Below, one piece after another: positions 34,481 through 40,176 of a stretch of 40,176 nt of DNA. The DNA comes from Spirochaetia bacterium (lineage in GTDB: Bacteria; Spirochaetota; Spirochaetia; SZUA-6; Fen-1364), in contig JBEKVA010000001.1 in assembly GCA_049514475.1 (NCBI GenBank), positions 1 to 40,176 of the forward strand. Reading direction: 5' to 3'. How positions within the stretch are numbered: position 1 is the stretch's first letter; each line of letters opens with the position of its first letter. The notes under the pieces were generated by a model. It saw only the letters and a program-made list of their open reading frames with translations. It was not told where the DNA came from and made no database searches. The position numbers and the translations under genes are program-made.

Positions 34481-35441
34481 TGCGCCGCACCACCCGCGAT
34501 TGACGGTCATAGATGTAGTACCAGCCGCCGCTGCTCCGAGTGGAGATCTGCATGTCGGTCGGGCCGTTGTATTCCATCGAGGCCGACTGCATGGTACCGG
34601 TCATGTCGAAGCGGACGAACTTGTTGGACCCGCTGCCTCCCCACTGAAGCGCTATGAATCCATTCTGGGTGTAGCCAATCTTGTCCCTGTCATAGTGACT
34701 GGTGGTGAACCAGGGATAGTTCGCGGTGAATGGCCAGGCGATGCCTGAGAGGTAGTCACTTCGGGGAAGCAGGATGTAGTAGATCTGGCTGCTCGTCATC
34801 TCCTCCAGCACCAGGACGGCATCAGTGCGCAGCGGATCGGCGCACACGTCCAGGAGGTTGAAGCTCAGCGCGCCGTTGCCCGTGATGTCGAAGTTGCCGC
34901 GGTACGCCCCTGCACCCCACGGGGTGTAGATGTAGTACGCCAGCAGGTCACCGTTCACCCAGAAGCCCGCGATATTCGAAGGGGCATCCGCAAATCCCCA
35001 GGAGCCTGCAGGCGGGTTTTCCCCAAGGCCGGCAATGCCGGTCAGGCCCCCCAGGGTCGGATCGCTGCGAAGACCCAGGAGCACTACGTCACCTGCCATG
35101 CCGAGGATTGCCTTCGGCGAGTCAGGCAGCGCTGCGCCAAGGAACGCCACAAGCTGTGCGTTAGTAAACTTCTGGAGGACGTTCAGGTTCCCGTCCATAA
35201 CGAACAACGCCGTGCCTGCAACCGGTTGGGAGGTGGCAAGGAACACCAGGTCTCCGGCAGCCGTCGTGAGCGAGCTCAGCGTGAAGGAGTGCGCGTCCCC
35301 TGCCGGGATCTCACCCCCAAGGCTCGCCTGGCCGCTGACCATGGTCAGGTACCCCGGGAAAGCGGAAGCGCGAAAGAGATCGCATCCACAGAGGACTATA
35401 AGCGGCAGCAGGAGCAGCATCAGGATCGGCAGGCGCTTCAT
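34464..35441 (-). CDS. Lipoprotein of unknown function
   Basis: MKRLPILMLLLLPLIVLCGC lipobox. 325 aa, beta-rich, ends …RRITAWW. Overlaps the convergent OMP gene by 17 nt. Confidence 0.6.
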   Translation of the reverse strand: MKRLPILMLLLLPLIVLCGCDLFRASAFPGYLTMVSGQASLGGEIPAGDAHSFTLSSLTTAAGDLVFLATSQPVAGTALFVMDGNLNVLQKFTNAQLVAFLGAALPDSPKAILGMAGDVVLLGLRSDPTLGGLTGIAGLGENPPAGSWGFADAPSNIAGFWVNGDLLAYYIYTPWGAGAYRGNFDITGNGALSFNLLDVCADPLRTDAVLVLEEMTSSQIYYILLPRSDYLSGIAWPFTANYPWFTTSHYDRDKIGYTQNGFIALQWGGSGSNKFVRFDMTGTMQSASMEYNGPTDMQISTRSSGGWYYIYDRQSRVVRRITAWW

Positions 35442-35539
35442 ACACTATCAACTATATACACGCAACGGCCGATTTCCAGGCAGATGTCCGGCAACGGCAG
35501 GTGCGCCGTGGAGGAAGCACCCGCTCCGTATTGCCAGGC

Positions 35540-36382
35540 CTATTCCCAGAGCCCCTCGATGGCGGGCGCGGATGCTTCTGCCCCGAGGTAGCCAAGCCCG
35601 TGGATATCCTCGACAAGGCGGAGCAGGGAGTAGAGCGTGGCAGCCTGGAAGAAGGTGGTGTGCTTGACGTGGGCCCCGACAAGGATCGTGGCAATGGGAG
35701 TGGTTGAAACAGGATCGAATCCGGCGCATTCATCGAAGGTGACAATGAGCAGGCTGTTGTGAGCAGGCGCCCACCGCGCATAGCCGTCGAGGTTTGCCTG
35801 CAGCCATGCGTCCCCGGCGAGCACAGACCCGTCGTGCATGTCGTTGTCCAGGTTCGGGATGACAAAGCTGACCGTGGGAAGCTGCGCATAGTCAGCCGCG
35901 GGATAGCTGCTGAAGGGAAGGTTCACCGCGTCGGGCACGTTGGTGAAGCTTGCGCATGGGTTGTGTTTGCGCACGTAACGCCCCGAGGTGAATACCCTGT
36001 CTCCGGCAGACGGAAGGCCCTCGCTGAAGGTGGCGAATGTAAGACCCGCGGCAGTAAGGCTGTTGGCAAGATTCGGAGCGGAAATGTCGTACTGGTTGTC
36101 ATTCGTGATGCCCTGGGTCGAGCCGCTAAACAGGGCGAAATAGTTGGGCTGGCTAGGATGGGTGATGCCAAGCATGCGGGCAAGGCTTGCCCCGCGTGAG
36201 GCAAGGGATGACAGGTAGGGGCTTCCCATCACCTGCGCAGCCGAGTGGTTTTCTTCCACCACAATGACGATATGATCATAGCGGGGCGGCGGGGTCTGCG
36301 GCCCAAAGGAGCAGCTCAGAAGCGCCGCGATGGCTATGCCAAGAGTGGTTACAGTCGCGCGAAGGGTCCTGCGAATTACCAT
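35540..36382 (-). CDS. Phosphoesterase-family (AcpA/PlcN-type, PF04185-like) lipoprotein, putative acid phosphatase
   Basis: Start at ATG 36382 gives MVIRRTLRATVTTLGIAIAALLSCS. Motifs YDHIVIVVEENHS, THPSQPNYFALFSG, NLDNDMHDG and LLIVTFDE match this family. Confidence 0.8.
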   Translation of the reverse strand: MVIRRTLRATVTTLGIAIAALLSCSFGPQTPPPRYDHIVIVVEENHSAAQVMGSPYLSSLASRGASLARMLGITHPSQPNYFALFSGSTQGITNDNQYDISAPNLANSLTAAGLTFATFSEGLPSAGDRVFTSGRYVRKHNPCASFTNVPDAVNLPFSSYPAADYAQLPTVSFVIPNLDNDMHDGSVLAGDAWLQANLDGYARWAPAHNSLLIVTFDECAGFDPVSTTPIATILVGAHVKHTTFFQAATLYSLLRLVEDIHGLGYLGAEASAPAIEGLWE

Positions 36383-36458
36383 GATGCCAGCCTCATGAAT
36401 AAGTATAACATGCCTTTCCCTCCCGCAAAGGGACTCTCCACTAAAACGCGGTAGTGAG

Positions 36459-36469
36459 ATTGTGAAGCT
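36459..36469 (+). repeat. Left copy of an 11-bp imperfect direct repeat flanking the low-GC islet
   Basis: ATTGTGAAGCT here versus ATTGTGACGCT at 39673-39683 (10/11 identical). Both copies are in non-coding DNA at the compositional borders. Confidence 0.4.
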
Positions 36470-36501
36470 CACATCGGCAAAGTGCACACGGGGGAAAGTG
36501 T

Positions 36502-37053
36502 ATGACAAATCCTTGGAAAATCTTCACGGCAGCGCTTGTGTTTGCAGCGGCCGCGCTTCTGATCGTCTCCTGTTCAACGCCAACAAGCGTCATATCCCAG
36601 ATCAGTGAGAGTGAAGTCGCTGACCTCGACTTTTCAGGAACAGGGCCGGTCAAGAAGATAGTAGATAGGTATCTCGGTACATTGCGGATACCTACAATAG
36701 ACGGATCATCAGCTTCACGATGCCCTGATTCGATCGTAGAAGAGGACGCGACAGAGTATGGGCGTATCCACCAAAGTCGGTCCCCGTTGCGGGAGCGCCT
36801 TAGCTACGCCCCCGTCCAGCCCCGCCTTGCAAGGATGCCGATCAGGATTCCCCCGCTGATCAAAGCAAGCCAATTGATTGAAAGCGCCGTGACCTCGAAG
36901 GCAATGATGTCGAAGTTGACCAGGCAGAGCAGGATGAATGCGACAACTGCAAGGCAGAAGTCGGAGATGAAGATCCATTTCACCGCGCGCTGCAGCGCAG
37001 TTCCTGAGAACTGGAACGAAGCAAACAGAAGCGAGGTGCTCATCAAAAGGTAG
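36502..37053 (+). CDS. Lipoprotein-like ORF (doubtful 3' half)
   Basis: The N-terminus MTNPWKIFTAALVFAAAALLIVSCSTPTS is a good lipoprotein signal and the first ~90 aa look protein-like. From about 36780 the ORF runs antisense through the convergent membrane-protein gene and becomes Arg/Pro/Ser-rich. Confidence 0.3.
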   Translation: MTNPWKIFTAALVFAAAALLIVSCSTPTSVISQISESEVADLDFSGTGPVKKIVDRYLGTLRIPTIDGSSASRCPDSIVEEDATEYGRIHQSRSPLRERLSYAPVQPRLARMPIRIPPLIKASQLIESAVTSKAMMSKLTRQSRMNATTARQKSEMKIHFTARCSAVPENWNEANRSEVLIKR

Positions 37054-37535
37054 CCTATCGCTTCGAGGGCGATGAAGAGACCGTGAGGGTTGTACTGGGT
37101 GAAAAGGGAAAGGCCCGAGGTCTCTCCGCTTCGGAGGCTGGGCTGGATGACGGCAAGCTGGATGAAATAGTCGGCAACGATGAGCGCCGCGTACATGGTG
37201 GCAAACGACAGCGAGATTCTCCCGAACAGTTTCCTCTGCTCGGAATCGTTTTTCTTAATGCATGCCATCAGAAGAATGAAGACAGGCGCCAGCAGTATCC
37301 CCGGATAGAGCCAGATGTAATCGACAGGGACAAAGGCGGCCACATTCGTATAGGGATAGGGGACGATGTCAGCGGGTTTGGCGAAAGGCCCGGACCTGGC
37401 GGGAGTGAGCACCCCGATCACCATGAACACGGCGGCGACTACAACTGCTGCAACAGCGGCGTAGAAAATAAGCGTCGCTGTGACATTCGTGTGTGACGCT
37501 GCGGCCGTGGTGGTTCTATGGGCTTTCTGCTTCAT
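36804..37535 (-). CDS. Polytopic membrane protein of unknown function
   Basis: ATG at 37535 follows GGGAGAACGAGA. Product MKQKAHRTTTAAASHTNVTATLIFYAAVAAVVVAAVFMVIGVL… has about 6 TM helices. Confidence 0.6.
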   Translation of the reverse strand: MKQKAHRTTTAAASHTNVTATLIFYAAVAAVVVAAVFMVIGVLTPARSGPFAKPADIVPYPYTNVAAFVPVDYIWLYPGILLAPVFILLMACIKKNDSEQRKLFGRISLSFATMYAALIVADYFIQLAVIQPSLRSGETSGLSLFTQYNPHGLFIALEAIGYLLMSTSLLFASFQFSGTALQRAVKWIFISDFCLAVVAFILLCLVNFDIIAFEVTALSINWLALISGGILIGILARRGWTGA

Positions 37536-37789
37536 TCTCGTTCTCCCAGTGTTTGATGGCGATGGCATCAACGCTATCATGCGGACGGGCAGGCTGCAAG
37601 ATAGAGCTTTTACAGGTTATGATAGCCGCTGCAATCGTAGCCGGTTCTTATATTGTGGTGTTCTTTTGCGAAGGCTCAACAGATCGCCTCCCTTCCTCCC
37701 ACGAAGCAGAAAGCTTCTCTTCAGACCATAGATGCATTACTGAAAGTGCAGGAGTGAGGGCGACGACACACTTGAGAGAAAATGTATAG

Positions 37790-37819
37790 TTGACAGAAGA
37801 CGTCCAGACGTCATATGTT
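37790..37819 (+). promoter_or_regulatory. Candidate sigma70 promoter of the methyltransferase gene
   Basis: TTGACA (37790-37795), 18 nt spacer, TATGTT (37814-37819). The -10 overlaps the first ATG of the track ORF (37815), so translation may start at the next ATG (37830) on a nearly leaderless mRNA. Confidence 0.45.
37799..37812. promoter_or_regulatory. Tandem GACGTC palindromes inside the promoter spacer (candidate operator or methylation switch)
   Basis: aGACGTCcaGACGTCa: GACGTC at 37799-37804 and 37807-37812, 8-bp phase, filling the spacer between the -35 and -10 elements. Confidence 0.4.
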
Positions 37820-39020
37820 CAATTCAATCATGGGGAACAAAAAGCATGTACTTAGCAAGAAGAGGCGTCCTGGAGAGATACGGGACTCCATCTTGTCGGT
37901 GCTTGTCGCCAAACCTGAGGGAGCGACTCCGTCGGAGATCGAGCACGCAGTAAAGGCCATTATGGGCGACGTCAAATCGTCAAGCATTCGGTCCTATCTG
38001 CGCCTGAACAGCCCCGAGCTATTCTCCCGCAGTCGCCGGGGGTTCTATCTTTTGCGCGATTCAACTGCTACTGCTACGGCGTATGAAGCGCCTCATGTCA
38101 AGACTGATCGAGCAGGTTCTTCGGCGAAGGAGTCATTCAGCCTGGGCCGCTCAACATTGATCCATGCAGATTGTTTCGATTGGCTGGCAGAGCAACCACC
38201 AAACTCCTATCAAGCGATCGTTACCGATCCACCATACGGTCTTGTCGAATACACTCAAGAGCAGCAGGAGAAACTGCGTAATGGCCGTGGAGGGGTGTGG
38301 CGTATCCCTCCCTCCTTCGATGGCGTCGCTAGGGCTCCCCTCCCGCGCTTCACTGTTCTTTCCGATCAAGACCTCGTTAGGCTCGAACAATTCTTTTACA
38401 ACTGGGCTCGGCTCATTTTGGCCGTTATTGTTCCCGGTGCGAACGTGGTCGTTGCCAGTAACCCCCTGCTGTCCTATATCGTATCGGGCGCCCTTTCTCG
38501 TGCTGGGCTGGAGAGACGCGGTGAGATCGTGCGGCTAGTCATGACAATGCGCGGGGGAGACCGCCCCAAAGCGGCGCATGAGGAGTTCCCTGACGTTAGT
38601 GTCATGCCGCGGTCAATGTGGGAACCTTGGATAGTTTTCCGCAAACCAATCGAGGGAAGAGTCCAGGATAACCTGCGCAAATGGAAAACTGGTGGCTTCC
38701 GTCGACCGTCCAAGGAGCGCCCTTTTGGTGACGTGATCCCTTCGGCTCCAACGAACAAGTCCGAACGTCGTCTTGCTCCTCATCCAAGCCTCAAGCCGCA
38801 GGAGTTCCTGCGGACCTTGGTTCGGGGAGTGCTCCCGATGGGTGAGGGCGTTGTGTTGGACACTTTCGCAGGTTCTGGTTCTACACTGGCAGCCGCCGAA
38901 TCCGTGGGCTACACAAGCGTCGGGGTGGAGAATGATCCGCACTTTTTTGACATCGCACAAAAGGCAATCCCGAAACTCCGCGAGTACAAGAACGGCGGCA
39001 ATTACTCGTTCAGTTTGTAA
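37815..39020 (+). CDS. Beta-class DNA amino-methyltransferase (N6A/N4C family) with N-terminal winged-helix (HARE-HTH-like) domain
   Basis: Motif IV TDPPYG (nt about 38226) precedes motif I DTFAGSGST (nt about 38865), which is the beta permutation. The N-terminal ~85 aa (GEIRDSILSVLVAKPEGATPSEIEHAVKAIMGDVKSSSIRSYLRLNSPELFSRSRRGFYLL) resemble a HARE-HTH/wHTH. Confidence 0.85.
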   Translation: MFNSIMGNKKHVLSKKRRPGEIRDSILSVLVAKPEGATPSEIEHAVKAIMGDVKSSSIRSYLRLNSPELFSRSRRGFYLLRDSTATATAYEAPHVKTDRAGSSAKESFSLGRSTLIHADCFDWLAEQPPNSYQAIVTDPPYGLVEYTQEQQEKLRNGRGGVWRIPPSFDGVARAPLPRFTVLSDQDLVRLEQFFYNWARLILAVIVPGANVVVASNPLLSYIVSGALSRAGLERRGEIVRLVMTMRGGDRPKAAHEEFPDVSVMPRSMWEPWIVFRKPIEGRVQDNLRKWKTGGFRRPSKERPFGDVIPSAPTNKSERRLAPHPSLKPQEFLRTLVRGVLPMGEGVVLDTFAGSGSTLAAAESVGYTSVGVENDPHFFDIAQKAIPKLREYKNGGNYSFSL

Positions 39021-39610
39021 ACCCAACTGCGGCGCAACTTCTCGATCCCTTCGCGGTGAAGGGTTGCAGTCCGAGTACCCAACTCTCCACGTGGGTTCTT
39101 ACGGAAATCGTCAACGGTAACTTTGCCGAGGTACACCTCCGTGAACCTCATGGGAGATCGGTCCGTCGCCGGTTCGCTCGTGTTGTCCACGTCATAAACG
39201 AATACGCACATCCACTGGTCACGCGCACCATGCGTGTCGACGGCCCCTCCACTTTTGCGCGTCGTTTTCACCTCGACCCCACGTTCGCCGGACTGGATAC
39301 GATTGTCAGGGTAGACGCCATTAACGATAAGATCAGGATGGCCGTTAAAGTATAAGTTCACGGTAAGAGTACGGGAATGTTTTGCCAAGCTCACGGTGGG
39401 CATATCAGAGAGCAAACCTGACATGATCGCCGGCCGCAGCATGTCGTCGAGTCTTGCCAGCCCTCGCTCAGTGAGAGCACGGTTTACGTCATAGAAAAAG
39501 TCATAGACGTCCTGCAGCGCCAACTCAAAGTCCTTCAGACGCAGCTCAAAAGGTAAAGGCACTTGTTTGTTAAACCTTATCGTATCGACCGTATTTCGTT
39601 GGATCGGCAC
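39002..39610 (-). CDS. PD-(D/E)xK nuclease, probable Type II restriction endonuclease partner
   Basis: Convergent with the methyltransferase, with a 19-nt 3' overlap. Catalytic-core-like …NGHPDLIVNGVYPDNRIQSGERGVEVKTTRK… (PD…E-V-K). Start placed at GTG 39610, after GAGGGCAGGG, where the GC content drops. The track start at 39793 adds 61 Arg/Ala/Cys-rich residues from GC-rich non-coding DNA. Confidence 0.6.
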   Translation of the reverse strand: MPIQRNTVDTIRFNKQVPLPFELRLKDFELALQDVYDFFYDVNRALTERGLARLDDMLRPAIMSGLLSDMPTVSLAKHSRTLTVNLYFNGHPDLIVNGVYPDNRIQSGERGVEVKTTRKSGGAVDTHGARDQWMCVFVYDVDNTSEPATDRSPMRFTEVYLGKVTVDDFRKNPRGELGTRTATLHREGIEKLRRSWVYKLNE

Positions 39611-39626
39611 TGGAATCCCTGCCCTC

Positions 39627-39656
39627 AGCGTAGCAGAACACCGAGCGGCATGACAA
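39627..39656 (-). promoter_or_regulatory. Candidate promoter of the nuclease gene
   Basis: Minus strand: TTGTCA (39656-39651), 18 nt spacer, TACGCT (39632-39627), then 16 nt to the GTG at 39610. Confidence 0.3.
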
Positions 39657-39672
39657 GAACACAACCACGAAC

Positions 39673-39683
39673 ATTGTGACGCT
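39673..39683 (+). repeat. Right copy of the 11-bp imperfect direct repeat flanking the low-GC islet
   Basis: ATTGTGACGCT; see the left copy at 36459-36469. Confidence 0.4.
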
Positions 39684-40040
39684 TCGGTTTCTGTACGCGC
39701 CTCCACTCGGCGCCGTCCTTGGCGCCTCGCTCCAGCGCTACAGAAAGCCCTCCGCTGCCCTCTCGTGCCGTCTGCTTCAGTGCCGAAGCGCATCTGTGGC
39801 CACCGGCCCTGGCGGGCGCCTTCGGCGCTGGGCTATGTGTTTTCCGTCAGCTAAGCGTTCGGTGACAATCAGTGGCAGGCGCCCAGGAAGGCGGCAGCAG
39901 CGGAGCTCAGCCGCCCCGAGGAGCGGAGCGTCACTGGACGTCGGCAGCGGCAACATCTCGCGGTGACGGTAACGGCACTCTTGCGGCGAGGGCAGGGATG
40001 CCCGAGTCCGTATTACTTACGCCCCCGCACCGCAGGGCGA

Positions 40041-40174
40041 GGTGGAGGGCAGCCTTCAGCGCGGGAGTGTGGATAATGGGCCCTATTATCCGCCTCCCGC
40101 GCGCTCCCCCAGGAGCCCACTGGGCCGACCACCAGGAAGGCTACCCTCCACCCGCTTCCTCTACGGGCGGAGGG
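40041..40174. other. Nested and mutually exclusive inverted repeats (candidate structured RNA or REP/MITE-like element), cut by the window edge
   Basis: Three helices:
- 17-bp helix, 40041-40057 with 40136-40152, 16/17 paired.
- Inner hairpin, 40059-40067 with 40094-40102, enclosing 40071-40077 with 40085-40091.
- Alternative helix, 40144-40154 with 40164-40174.
No credible ORF in any frame. Confidence 0.5.
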
Positions 40175-40176
40175 TA

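Larger units (their letters stand above)
36470..39672. other. Lower-GC islet (putative horizontally acquired RM cassette with two extra membrane/lipoprotein ORFs)
   Basis: Visibly more A/T, and more A/T-ending codons, than the flanks. No mobility gene. Bracketed by the 11-bp repeat. Confidence 0.45.

Noticed and set aside
39611-39793. ATG at 39793 as the start of the nuclease gene
   Set aside because: The extra 61 residues (MRFGTEADGTRGQRRAFCSAGARRQGRRRVEARTE…) are low-complexity and derive from GC-rich DNA outside the islet. The GTG at 39610 fits the RBS, promoter and compositional boundary better.
39844-39861. CCGTCAGCTAAGCGTTCG, which resembles the 3' conserved block of ydaO riboswitches (CCG(A/U)CAGCUAAC…GUAAGCG)
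   Set aside because: The intervening CCUCGUA is missing, and the other ydaO blocks (GGGGACCCA, GGGGUGAAUC, ACCCGAA) are absent from the preceding 170 nt. Probably coincidental, but worth a cmsearch.
39684-40176. tRNA, tmRNA, RNase P, SRP or 6S RNA at the islet edge (classical integration targets)
   Set aside because: On either strand I found none of the diagnostic blocks:
- tRNA/tmRNA: no GGTTCGAnTCC T-loop with CCA-proximal acceptor.
- RNase P: no GAGGAAAGTCCGGGC / ACAGAACCCGGCTTA P4 pair.
- SRP: no GGAAGCAGCC block.
The element remains unassigned rather than called as a known RNA.

Overview
High-GC (by eye about two-thirds G+C) chromosomal segment of a diderm bacterium, densely coding on both strands. 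I recognised no rRNA, tRNA, CRISPR array, transposase or integrase.

Recognisable content, left to right:
- a truncated 7TM sensor gene
- a MocR-type regulator divergent from an EamA transporter
- an outer-membrane beta-barrel/transglutaminase/TPR fusion with an overlapping Ig-like lipoprotein
- a decayed kdgK
- a CPBP protease pair
- a type Vd (PlpD-like) patatin autotransporter
- a DGPF/YciI plus ECF42-like sigma module
- an NhaR-like LysR regulator divergent from an HPF-like/TerC pair
- a co-directional cluster of SH3 protein, M48 peptidase, CHASE2 adenylate cyclase, IclR and a truncated OmpA-like gene
- a complete pstS-C-A-B1-B2-phoU operon
- a KimA-like APC permease, hsp20 and a PBP5-type DD-carboxypeptidase
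- several small beta-barrel proteins and lipoproteins, and an AcpA-type phosphoesterase

The most unusual part is the right end. A roughly 3.2-kb, visibly lower-GC islet (about 36.46-39.68 kb) is bounded by an imperfect 11-bp direct repeat. It carries a membrane protein, a beta-class DNA amino-methyltransferase and a convergent PD-(D/E)xK nuclease. The methyltransferase has an N-terminal winged-helix (HARE-HTH-like) domain, and its promoter spacer holds two GACGTC palindromes. The islet is followed by more than 500 bp of GC-rich, ORF-poor, heavily self-complementary sequence cut by the window edge.

Many long ORFs in the supplied track are antisense or off-frame shadows typical of high-GC DNA. 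Small-motif coordinates were counted by hand and may be off by 1-2 nt. All family assignments rest on motif recognition by eye, not on database searches.
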